A DNA stretch of 64,000 nt from Blastocatellia bacterium (lineage in GTDB: Bacteria > Acidobacteriota > Blastocatellia > UBA7656), in the NCBI GenBank assembly GCA_963765495.1, contig CAVXWP010000004.1, positions 192,001 to 256,000 on the forward strand, read 5' to 3'. Of the stretch, positions 50,441 to 59,281 are shown piece by piece. The first letter of the stretch is position 1; each line of letters opens with the position of its first letter. The notes beneath the pieces were generated by a model. That model had not been told where the DNA came from, did not search any database, and saw nothing but the letters and a program-made list of their open reading frames with translations. Made by a program: the position numbers and the translations under genes.

Positions 50441-51097
50441 ATGAGCTTTGATAGCTGCAATTCGAAGAGAACCTGCGCAGGAGTCGAGCGCGTAGCGGAA
50501 GCCAATCTGCCTACCGAATTCGGCTGCTTCAGGATTATTGGGTTCACAGGCGTAGAGAGCCAGGAAGAGTTTGTCGTTCTGGTCAAAGGAGAGTTGAGCG
50601 AATCCAAGCCCAGCCTCGTCCGAATCCACTCGCAATGCCTCACGGGCGATGTTTTTCACTCGATCAAATGCGATTGCGGTCCTCAACTCTATTTCGCGAT
50701 GAAACTGATTCAGCAGGAAGGCCACGGCGTAATCATATACCAGCCGCAGGAAGGGCGCGGCATCGGGATTATAAACAAGATTCGCGCCTACGCTCTTCAG
50801 GATGCCGGACAGGATACCGTGGAAGCCAACCTCTCGCTAGGATTCGAAGCCGACCTGCGGCAATACGAATGCTGCGCAGAAATAATTCGTCAACTCGGGC
50901 TGCGGCAGGTTCGCATTATGTCGAACAACCCTGAAAAGATCGCGGCCCTGCGCGCCGCAGGTATTGAGATAGTGGAGCGGGTTCCAATTGAAATCGCTCC
51001 GCAAGAACGCTCGCTCGGCTATCTGAAGACCAAGAAGGAAAAGTTCGGTCATCTGCTCGAAAATCTCGACCCCAAAGATGAGAAAGTCAGCGCCTGA
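50441..51097 (+). CDS. ribA: GTP cyclohydrolase II
   Basis: [32 protein letters not shown]. Confidence 0.95.
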   Translation: MSFDSCNSKRTCAGVERVAEANLPTEFGCFRIIGFTGVESQEEFVVLVKGELSESKPSLVRIHSQCLTGDVFHSIKCDCGPQLYFAMKLIQQEGHGVIIYQPQEGRGIGIINKIRAYALQDAGQDTVEANLSLGFEADLRQYECCAEIIRQLGLRQVRIMSNNPEKIAALRAAGIEIVERVPIEIAPQERSLGYLKTKKEKFGHLLENLDPKDEKVSA

Positions 51098-51118
51098 ACC
51101 CTCCCCGGCTCAAACACT

Positions 51119-52207
51119 TCAAACAGCGTTAGTCAGATAATCCGCTTCGTCGTCGGTGAGAGCTACGCACGCGCCAGTCGTTTTATCGAGCAATAATAGA
51201 AATTCGTCGGTGCGCCTGAGGCGAGGCCAATCGTCAGGCCAACCATCGGTCTCGACAGGTTCATTCTTACCAGCCGCAGAAATACTTGAAATCATCTGAT
51301 CGGGGACAAAGACTTCATCTCCCCACTGCAAGACCCAGCGACCATTTTCGCCGTCTGCGAAGACTGTCTTCATCTTTCCGCGAACGATTTCGCTGACATT
51401 CAATTTTGAAAGCTCGCTTCGAATAATTGCCGCCCATTTTCGCGCCTCTCTCGCGGTAAAGGCTGCGCGCTTATCCGAGTCTTTTATCTCAAGTCCTTCT
51501 GTTGCCCGGGCTGCGACCAATCGAAATTCCGGCGCGATCTCTTCAAAGGGCGTGACCTCGCCTGTTTCAGAAAATGTGTCAAGAGCCGAAGCCAGCCGAC
51601 CGGCCGTCTGCAAATGTATGGTCACGCCTTTTAGTGTAAGCGTGGGCGGACGCTTGCGCCGAGACTCTTTATCCGGTGAATCGAGGAGGGGCGCTCTTCT
51701 TTCAAGCTCTGCGATGTGGTCCGAACCAAGCAGCACCCAGCGCCCGTTTCGTTGATCGCTGAGCAACAATCTTTCAGCGCCGAGGCTGGCGTTCAACCAT
51801 TCGGGCAGCCCCTCAACCTGACCGGCTGTGACGGGCGCGTCACGAAAAGCCGCTAGCAATCGAGAAACGCTTTCGAGGTCGAGCCACAACTCAGATTGAG
51901 GGTGCGAGAGCAAAATGTTATCGCCGATATTTGCCATCACAACCTCGTCCGACATCCTTAGAATGTCATACGCCTCGGCCCGGAAGCCGATGGCCGCAAG
52001 ATAATGAGCTAAATCCCTGGTCCCGAAACTGGCCTCGCGATTGCGGTATCTCAATACGATCTCACCGGCCGATCTGATGATCAGACCGCTCCCGCTGTGG
52101 CGGACTACGCGAGAGACTTCCGCTTCCTCGTCCAGAAAAGCTGTCAGGCTCTCTAAAAGGTAAGGAGCGAAGGCAAGCCCGCAGTTGATCGAATACAGAT
52201 TGATCAT
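51119..52207 (-). CDS. Hypothetical protein
   Basis: 362-aa ORF starting 3 nt after the acyl-CoA ligase stop; no family recognised. Confidence 0.7.
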   Translation of the reverse strand: MINLYSINCGLAFAPYLLESLTAFLDEEAEVSRVVRHSGSGLIIRSAGEIVLRYRNREASFGTRDLAHYLAAIGFRAEAYDILRMSDEVVMANIGDNILLSHPQSELWLDLESVSRLLAAFRDAPVTAGQVEGLPEWLNASLGAERLLLSDQRNGRWVLLGSDHIAELERRAPLLDSPDKESRRKRPPTLTLKGVTIHLQTAGRLASALDTFSETGEVTPFEEIAPEFRLVAARATEGLEIKDSDKRAAFTAREARKWAAIIRSELSKLNVSEIVRGKMKTVFADGENGRWVLQWGDEVFVPDQMISSISAAGKNEPVETDGWPDDWPRLRRTDEFLLLLDKTTGACVALTDDEADYLTNAV

Positions 52208-52209
52208 CT

Positions 52210-54366
52210 TCAAGCTTCCTCGCCCGGCTCTCTTGCGAGGATGACACGCACATCCACGGCAACGGCTTTGTCCGGGTAGGCAAAGACCGGGTTCAATTCC
52301 ATCTCTGAGATGTCGGGGTTCGACATGACGCAATCGCCCAGCGCCAGCATCAGATCGACAACCGCCTCGAAATTTACGGGAGGCATGCCCCGTAGCCCGT
52401 GAAGAATCGGCGCGGACTTTATCTCGTTTATCATCTGTATCGCGTCGTCCCGCCCGATGGGCAGTATGCGAAATGCGGTATCGCGCATCACCTCTACGGC
52501 GATGCCTCCAAGCCCAAACATCAGGACGTGTCCATATTGCTCATCTCGTTTGACACCCACGATCACTTCCGCAAGCGGCGGCGGGAGCATCGGAGAAGCG
52601 AGCACGCCGTTAAAATCGTAGTCGAGGTGATTTGCCTCGGCATACTTTTTGGCCGACTTCCGGATTTGAACGAATGCCGCTCGCGCCTCTTCGGGTTCTC
52701 TGATATTGAGAACCACGCCCCCGGCTTCGGTCTTATGAGTGATCGCCGCAGACACAAGCTTTAGAACCACAGACCCGTTTGATTTGCCGACATACCTGGC
52801 CGCCTCATCCGCCGAGTGGCAGAGCGAGGAAGGCGCGATGAGGATACCGTAATCGGCCGCCATCTCGATTGCTTCATTGAGCAGCAGGGTGGCACGACCC
52901 TCCGCGCGGGCCTTATGGAAATTCGGCCAGCGCGCTCCGGGTGTAAATGAGGGGGCGCTCAAATCTCTTGCAAGATATAGCCCGCGCTCATAAGCCGCCG
53001 TGATGCACCGGCTCGCCACATCGAGAGATTCGACCACCGGCACCCCGCCCCGGCTCAGCACCCTGATAGGCTCGCTGCGTCTGCGGGCATAGAGGCTATG
53101 GACCACGAGCGGTTTGCGTGCGCGTGAAGCTATCTCAAGCACCTTTCGGGCGGTTTCTGCCTCGGACGCTTCAAGCTCTTCGGCAAAGCGGATTGCATAA
53201 CCGCCGAAGAGTCCTATCCAGAGCACGCCGCCCACCGCCTCGTCTTCCATCAGGACCTCCATGCAGCGGGCAAAGATGCCGAGGTCGGCATCGGCCGCTC
53301 CGGCCACGTCTACCGGATTTGTTACGCTTGCCGCAGGGCTCAGAATTTCCCGCAAACGCGCTCGGGTCTTTTCAGACAGACGAGCAAGCCGGACGCCAGC
53401 TTCCACGAGCGCATCGGTTGAATGAGTGGCGTGCCCGCCGCCGTCCGAGAGAATTGCAAGCCCCAGACCGGCCTTGATTTCGGGCTGGCGTGCGAGCGTT
53501 TCAGCTACGTGAAACTGCTCATCGGTGCGGGTCACCTCGATGACGCCCACCTGTTTCAACGCCGAATGAAGCACGGCATAGGAACCGGCTATCGCGCCCG
53601 TGTGCGATTTTGCCGACGCACCACCGGCTTCGCTTCTTCCCATCTTCAACAGCACAAGCGGCTTTCGCGGGGTGATGCGGCGCGCGGCTTCGAGGAATTT
53701 CCGTCCATTCTGAAAGCCTTCGACGCAGATAAGTATGGCGGTCGTGTTTGGATCGTTTTCAAGGTATTCGAGATATTCGTGATAAGCGATATCGGTTTCG
53801 TTCCCAACGCCCACGCAGATGGAAAAACCATTATTGGAGCGTGCCGTGGCCTGAGTGATCAAGGCCAGAGCCATGTTTCCCGACTGGGCGAGCAAGGCCA
53901 GGTTGCCTTTTCTGACATTGCGCGTGCCGACAAGGTTTATGGATCGCGGCAGGTTCAACACACCCGATGTATTAGGGCCAACGACGCGTATGCCGGTCTT
54001 TCGGATGATGTCGGAAATTTCGGCTTCGAGTCGAGCGCCTTCCGCGCCCGATTCGCGAAAGCCAAGCGCCAGAACTACGGCGGCGCGAATCCCCTTCTCT
54101 GCGCAGGCCCTCAGAATGTCGGGCACGCCGCGAGCGGGCGCGCACACGAGCGCCAGGTCCGGGTCGCCCTCGATTTCCTGAATGGAAGGGGCTACCTCGA
54201 TCCCAAACAACTCGCCGCCTTTCGGGTTTACCGGGTAAATCTTTCCCGCATACCCCGATTCTGCAAGGGCGCGAACCGCCTGGTAACCGCGTTTGGTCTT
54301 GTTGTGTGAAGCGCCTATTATGGCGATGCCTTTAGGCTCGAATATACAGCTTACTGAACTGGTCAT
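52210..54366 (-). CDS. Acyl/acetate-CoA ligase (ADP-forming) family, alpha-beta fusion
   Basis: IAIIGAS, VVGPN, QSGN, SHTGAIAG, HKTEAGGV, ELNPV. Confidence 0.92.
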   Translation of the reverse strand: MTSSVSCIFEPKGIAIIGASHNKTKRGYQAVRALAESGYAGKIYPVNPKGGELFGIEVAPSIQEIEGDPDLALVCAPARGVPDILRACAEKGIRAAVVLALGFRESGAEGARLEAEISDIIRKTGIRVVGPNTSGVLNLPRSINLVGTRNVRKGNLALLAQSGNMALALITQATARSNNGFSICVGVGNETDIAYHEYLEYLENDPNTTAILICVEGFQNGRKFLEAARRITPRKPLVLLKMGRSEAGGASAKSHTGAIAGSYAVLHSALKQVGVIEVTRTDEQFHVAETLARQPEIKAGLGLAILSDGGGHATHSTDALVEAGVRLARLSEKTRARLREILSPAASVTNPVDVAGAADADLGIFARCMEVLMEDEAVGGVLWIGLFGGYAIRFAEELEASEAETARKVLEIASRARKPLVVHSLYARRRSEPIRVLSRGGVPVVESLDVASRCITAAYERGLYLARDLSAPSFTPGARWPNFHKARAEGRATLLLNEAIEMAADYGILIAPSSLCHSADEAARYVGKSNGSVVLKLVSAAITHKTEAGGVVLNIREPEEARAAFVQIRKSAKKYAEANHLDYDFNGVLASPMLPPPLAEVIVGVKRDEQYGHVLMFGLGGIAVEVMRDTAFRILPIGRDDAIQMINEIKSAPILHGLRGMPPVNFEAVVDLMLALGDCVMSNPDISEMELNPVFAYPDKAVAVDVRVILAREPGEEA

Positions 54367-54372
54367 GACGTT

Positions 54373-55164
54373 TTATTTTCCTCGGAAATTGGGATCGCGC
54401 TTTTCGGCAAAAGCCCTGATGCCCTCTTCCCAATCGTCTGTTCTCATGCAGGCGATCAGGGCTTCGGCTTCCAGATCCATAGCCGTTTCAGGATCGAGGA
54501 ATCCGGCGCGATTCAGCAATCGCTTTGCGAATGACAACGAGACAGGGGCCTTTTGGGCGAGGCGAGCGGCGATTTCGAGCGCACGCGTCAACACCTGATC
54601 GGCTGGTGCTGACTGGTTGGCAAGTCCGAAAGCTACGGCATCCGCGCCGTTGAAAAAATCGCCGAGCATTATCAATTCCTTCGCCCTGGCCAGGCCGACT
54701 CGCTGTGTCAGCGTGTAGATGGCCCCGCCGCCTACAAACGTTCCCAGCGAGATTTCTGGAAAACGAAGCTTTGCCTCGCTTGCCGCGATGATGAAATCGG
54801 CAGAGAGCGCCATCTCAAGACCGGCCCCGATGGCGTGCCCGTTTACGGCTGCAACAACGGGCCGCGAACAATTCTGGATCAATCGGGCGGCCTGCTGACC
54901 GGCGGTCACATACTTGCGTCTGTCGGCATCTGTCAACTCACCGCTTCCGTGAGCCTTTAAGTCTGCGCCTACCGAAAACGCCCGACCCGCGCCGGTCAAA
55001 ACTACGGCTCGCACTTCGGTATCTTCGGAAATGTCTTCGAAGGCTGATTTGAGAGACTCATACATCGGGCGGCTGACGGCATTCAGGCGGTCGGGCCGGT
55101 TAAAGGTAAGAAGTGCTATATTTTCTCTCTTTTCATACAGCAGGGGAAGGTCTTCGCTTGTCAC
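54373..55164 (-). CDS. Enoyl-CoA hydratase/isomerase
   Basis: NRPDRLNA, FSVGADL, NGHAIGAGLE, FPE. Confidence 0.93.
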   Translation of the reverse strand: MTSEDLPLLYEKRENIALLTFNRPDRLNAVSRPMYESLKSAFEDISEDTEVRAVVLTGAGRAFSVGADLKAHGSGELTDADRRKYVTAGQQAARLIQNCSRPVVAAVNGHAIGAGLEMALSADFIIAASEAKLRFPEISLGTFVGGGAIYTLTQRVGLARAKELIMLGDFFNGADAVAFGLANQSAPADQVLTRALEIAARLAQKAPVSLSFAKRLLNRAGFLDPETAMDLEAEALIACMRTDDWEEGIRAFAEKRDPNFRGK

Positions 55165-55365
55165 GGGCTCTCCAAAAAGCAGGCTTTAGCCTGGGGTACG
55201 GACGTAGCTTGACATCCAAAATTCACATCTATTCAACAAAGCCATTCTATTGCAATAGGCTGGGGGTGTCAAAAAAGCACGCCTGAGATGGTGCCAGACA
55301 CAAAACCGTACAGAATGTCATAATCTCCGTTGCGTAGCGGGAGCAAGTTCGATAGAAATACCAAT

Positions 55366-55671
55366 ATGTCAAAAAAATCTCGTCTGGAAGCCATAATCAA
55401 GATCGCAGAAACCAGCACGTTGCTCGCAAGCGACGGAGATGAGATACGAAAGAAGGTTTGGGAAAGCGGCGTCTATCTTGGAGAAGACCAGCACGTCTAT
55501 CACATATTTTTTCAGCCGTGGCGTGACGACATTCGCGGCCACATCGCGGCAAAACGATCAATCGGCGAGTACCTCAGGTGGGTAGATGGTCTCTTCATTC
55601 CCGGAGAAGTCCCCTCGGAGACCACCGGGGTGCATTATCGCGCCGCCCGCAAGCTTAGAGAGTTGCTTTGA
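55366..55671 (+). CDS. Hypothetical protein
   Basis: 101-aa ORF divergent from the crotonase gene. Confidence 0.6.
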   Translation: MSKKSRLEAIIKIAETSTLLASDGDEIRKKVWESGVYLGEDQHVYHIFFQPWRDDIRGHIAAKRSIGEYLRWVDGLFIPGEVPSETTGVHYRAARKLRELL

Positions 55672-55771
55672 GTGATTCGTGATGCGCGATTCGTGATTTG
55701 CCGGGCCAGCAATAAATCGTTAACAGATGATCTCCAAAAGAGTCACGCATCACGCACAACGCATCACGCAT
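55672..55771. repeat. Inverted heptamer-repeat element (CGTGAT family)
   Basis: GTGATTCGTGATGCGCGATTCGTGAT ... TCACGCATCACGCACAACGCATCACGCAT. Confidence 0.85.
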
Positions 55772-55830
55772 TAAGCACCCTGTTTGAATAGAGGCTGGAT
55801 GCCGCCGCCAACGGATGTTATATTTAATCT

Positions 55831-56259
55831 ATGCTCTACAGAAAACCACGGGTCGGTCAGGACATAAACGCCTACTGCGGAAAATGCAAAGATGAGCGCA
55901 CACATGTGGTCGCCGCTATGGACGGCGAGACAGTGCGCAGAGTCACTTGCTCGATGTGCGGCGGAACTCACAATTACAGATCAAAAACGGCGGCTCCAGC
56001 AAAGACTACGCGCTCGAAGGCGGCGGCCACGACAAAAGGCGGGAAGCGAACCAGCCAGGCAAAATCATTCGAGATTGATCCGGCTCAGCCTGTCAAAAAC
56101 TATAATATGAACGCAAGTTTTTCAGCCGGAGACGTTATCAGTCATCCCAAATTCGGGCGTGGCAAGGTCGAGGCGGCAGTGCCGCCCAACAAGATCGAAG
56201 TCAGATTTCAGGAAGGCCGAAAAATGCTGCTGCATAATATGCAGCACTATCACTCTTAA
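55831..56259 (+). CDS. Zn-ribbon + Tudor-like domain protein
   Basis: CGKC..CSMC..H; C-terminal FSAGDVISHPKFGRGKV resembling the PcrA/UvrD Tudor-like tail. Confidence 0.75.
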   Translation: MLYRKPRVGQDINAYCGKCKDERTHVVAAMDGETVRRVTCSMCGGTHNYRSKTAAPAKTTRSKAAATTKGGKRTSQAKSFEIDPAQPVKNYNMNASFSAGDVISHPKFGRGKVEAAVPPNKIEVRFQEGRKMLLHNMQHYHS

Positions 56260-56299
56260 GAAACACCTCTTAAGAAATCGCACAAATCGAATGAATAGA

Positions 56300-56332
56300 G
56301 GAGCCGCCGTCTGATCATGTAACGGCGGCTCC
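56300..56332. terminator. Hairpin between convergent genes
   Basis: GGAGCCGCCGT / ACGGCGGCTCC 11-bp stem. Confidence 0.6.
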
Positions 56333-56478
56333 AGGATAGCCGGAACAGTTTCGTCGGGAACGAAGAATACGATTTACCGAATACGATTTACCGAGACCGG
56401 CAGAAATCGCGCCAGCTTCAAACCATTCATTTAAAAACTGCTCGTTCGAATGCTTGATTCCAGCCCGAATCCTGTGTC

Positions 56479-56721
56479 TCAACTCTTGAAAAAATCCGCG
56501 TTCTTGCCCACGAAGCTTTGCCATTTTGGCGGCACTTCATCTTCTAAGAAGATCGCCGAGACGGGGCAGGCCGGCTCGCACGCGCCGCAATCAATACAGG
56601 TTGCCGGGTCGATGTACATCTGCACTTCGTCCGGCCCCCCCTGTATGCAATCGACCGGGCATACATCAACGCAAACAAGCTCTTTTGCACCGATGCATGG
56701 CTCGCAAATTACGTACGTCAA
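56479..56721 (-). CDS. Ferredoxin (7Fe, FdxA type)
   Basis: C-x7[10 protein letters not shown] and [12 protein letters not shown]; TTG start after GAGGAG. Confidence 0.92.
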   Translation of the reverse strand: MTYVICEPCIGAKELVCVDVCPVDCIQGGPDEVQMYIDPATCIDCGACEPACPVSAIFLEDEVPPKWQSFVGKNADFFKS

Positions 56722-56744
56722 ACCTGATACTCCTCAACCCGAAC

Positions 56745-57002
56745 CTACTTGAAGTAATCGGCATTCATCGCCGTAAAGTGTGCCCACTGCTCAGGAAGGT
56801 CGTCTTCGGTAAAGATCGCCTGGACCGGGCAGGCCGGTTCGCACGCGCCGCAATCTATGCACTCATCCGGGTGGATGTATAGCATCTCTGCGCCGTCGAA
56901 CTCCGCCTCATCTTTGCGCGGGTGAATGCAATCTACAGGGCAGACATCTACGCAAGCTGTGTCCTTTGTCCCTATGCAGGGTTCTGCAATAACATATGTC
57001 AT
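56745..57002 (-). CDS. Ferredoxin (7Fe, FdxA type)
   Basis: [32 protein letters not shown]. Confidence 0.95.
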   Translation of the reverse strand: MTYVIAEPCIGTKDTACVDVCPVDCIHPRKDEAEFDGAEMLYIHPDECIDCGACEPACPVQAIFTEDDLPEQWAHFTAMNADYFK

Positions 57003-57117
57003 CTAATCGAATTCCTCCTTACTAGTGTGTTTTCAGCCAAGGATGATTGCTACCTTTGTCCTAAGACAATTTCCATATTTTCGCCATAAGAGTCAATAGC
57101 AAATGGAGGGATTTCAG

Positions 57118-57241
57118 GAGGGATGAGGGATGAGGGATGAGGGATGAAAAAGAATCTGGACAATATCTCGATTAATGCGATTGTCCATTTACCAGTATTA
57201 CCCCCATCAGTCCTTTTCATCCCTCATCCCTCATCCCTCAT
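57118..57241. repeat. Inverted heptamer-repeat element (GGGATGA family)
   Basis: (GAGGGAT)x4 57118-57147 and (TCATCCC)x3.5 57217-57241; the aspA stop lies inside. Confidence 0.9.
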
Positions 57242-58643
57242 CTCTGTAAGTTGTCATCGCATACGTATCCATAATTTCGGCCAGTTCTTCGGGCGATAGC
57301 AAACCTTCTTCGCTGATTGTCTCTCGTATGGTCTTGCCTTTTGCCACAGCTCGCTTGGCGATCTCGGCGGCGCGGGCGTAGCCGATCTTCGGGTTCAGGG
57401 CCGTCACAAGCGAGACGCTGTTTTCGACATACCAGCGGCAACGGTCTTCATTCGCAGTTATCCCTTCGATGCATCGCTCGCCAAGCACTCTCATGTCGTT
57501 TGCCAGAATCCGGAGCGACATCAGGAGGTTGAAGGCGATGACGGGCATCATGACGTTTAGCTCCAACTGCCCGGCCTGCGCGGCCATCGTTATTACGAGG
57601 TCGTTTCCAATCACCTGAAAACATACCATGTTGGTCATCTCGGCCATCACGGGATTTACCTTGCCGGGCATTATGGAAGAGCCGGGCTGGACCGCAGGTA
57701 AAAAGATTTCCGTAAGCCCCGTGTTTGGCCCCGAAGCGAGAAGGCGTAAATCGTTTGCTATGCGGATAGTATCGGTCGCAAGCGTCTTGAGCGCCCCCGA
57801 AAGCTGCACAAAAGGCGACATGCTCTGCATGGCCTCAAAATAGTCACCGGCAGGTCTGAGGTCTTCCCCTGTAATGCGGCTCAACTCCTCGATCACGCGC
57901 CTGCGATAGCCGGGAACCGCGTTCAGCCCGGTTCCGGCGGCCGTGCCTCCTAGCCCAAGCTCTCTCGACTCGCGCGCGGCTTCGAGCACGCGGTCACCAT
58001 TTTTTCTGATGGCGACCGCGTAGGCTCCGAATTCCTGTCCGAGCCTGACCGGCACCGCATCCTGCAAATGGGTGCGGCCAGATTTTACTATCCTGTCGAA
58101 CTCTTCGGATTTGTCGCCGAAGGCGCGGGCCAGATCACTGAGGGCGGGTATCAAATCTTTTCGAACCAGTTCGAGCGAGGCGAGTCGGATCGCCGTGGGA
58201 ATCACATCGTTTGTAGACTGGCCCATGTTGACGTGATCATTTGGATGGACCTTCGAATAGTCGCCTCTGTCCCCGCCTAGCAATTCGATGGCTCGATTGG
58301 CCAGAACTTCGTTTGCATTCATGTTGTGCGAAGTTCCGGCCCCGGCCTGAAACGGGTCCACGACAAACTGGTCTCTGAGATTGCCCGCGAGCACTTCATC
58401 GGCCGCCGCTATGATGGCTTCGGCTATTTCCTGATCCAGCGCGCCAAGCTCAAAATTTGTGCGAGCCGCTGCCTTCTTTATCTGCACCGTCGAGGTGACA
58501 AACGAGGGGAAGGGTTTCCAGCCTGATATGGGAAAGTTTTCGACGGCGCGAGCGGTCTGGATGCCGTAGTAAACATCTGCGGGCAACTCGCGCTCTCCAA
58601 GAGAATCACGTTCCGTTCGACTTTGTCGGGTCAAAGGTGACAT
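57231..58643 (-). CDS. aspA: Aspartate ammonia-lyase (fumarase class II family)
   Basis: YYGIQTARAVENF, GRTHLQDA, GSSIMPGKVNP. Confidence 0.85.
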   Translation of the reverse strand: MSPLTRQSRTERDSLGERELPADVYYGIQTARAVENFPISGWKPFPSFVTSTVQIKKAAARTNFELGALDQEIAEAIIAAADEVLAGNLRDQFVVDPFQAGAGTSHNMNANEVLANRAIELLGGDRGDYSKVHPNDHVNMGQSTNDVIPTAIRLASLELVRKDLIPALSDLARAFGDKSEEFDRIVKSGRTHLQDAVPVRLGQEFGAYAVAIRKNGDRVLEAARESRELGLGGTAAGTGLNAVPGYRRRVIEELSRITGEDLRPAGDYFEAMQSMSPFVQLSGALKTLATDTIRIANDLRLLASGPNTGLTEIFLPAVQPGSSIMPGKVNPVMAEMTNMVCFQVIGNDLVITMAAQAGQLELNVMMPVIAFNLLMSLRILANDMRVLGERCIEGITANEDRCRWYVENSVSLVTALNPKIGYARAAEIAKRAVAKGKTIRETISEEGLLSPEELAEIMDTYAMTTYRDEG

Positions 58644-59268
58644 GTGGAATCATCTCCGCTTTTTCCTTCATGGTCACGCGTCCAGCGAGGTTTTTCTGCA
58701 CTTTTTCTATAGGGACAAAGGCGAGCGTGCTGTCTACGAGTTTCTCATTCGGTCTGTAGCCAAGCCCGAATTCGGGAAGTTCCGGTCTGTTCATCAGCCG
58801 TTTGATGTCCCATATAGTCTCTTCGCGCGAGTATGCGGCCAGTTCGCTCTGTCGGCTCATGATGATGGCTTCCTCCGGGCAGGCATCTACGCAGAACCCG
58901 CAGTAGACGCATCTGAGCATGTCTATCTCAAACCGCTTCGGGAATTTTTCAATAAGAGGATCGGGATGCTCTCCCGCCTCGATGTAGATGCAATCGGCCG
59001 GGCAGGCCGTCGCGCACATATAGCAGGCTACACAACGCGGAGAGCCGTCTTCGCGAGCGGTCAGGATATGCGCGCCTCGATAGCGTTCGGAATAACTGCG
59101 GCGCTCTTCCGGGTATCTGATCGTGGGGTCAATCTTGCCGGTGAGGTTTTCAACCATCCGGGTAAAGGTCAGTCCCATACCTACGAGCGGGCCGAGAATC
59201 TCTTTCGAGAAAGAAGCATCCTTTGCGGCGCGGTCGGCTACGTTTACAACTCTCGCATCTTTTTTCAT
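58606..59268 (-). CDS. nuoI: NADH-quinone oxidoreductase subunit I
   Basis: RYRGAH, CVACYMCATACP, CVYCGFCVDACP. Confidence 0.93.
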   Translation of the reverse strand: MKKDARVVNVADRAAKDASFSKEILGPLVGMGLTFTRMVENLTGKIDPTIRYPEERRSYSERYRGAHILTAREDGSPRCVACYMCATACPADCIYIEAGEHPDPLIEKFPKRFEIDMLRCVYCGFCVDACPEEAIIMSRQSELAAYSREETIWDIKRLMNRPELPEFGLGYRPNEKLVDSTLAFVPIEKVQKNLAGRVTMKEKAEMIPHVTFDPTKSNGT

Positions 59269-59281
59269 AAAATCACTTCAA

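Noticed and set aside
53422-54309. 295-aa + strand ORF
   Set aside because: Antisense shadow of the acyl-CoA ligase; no motifs.
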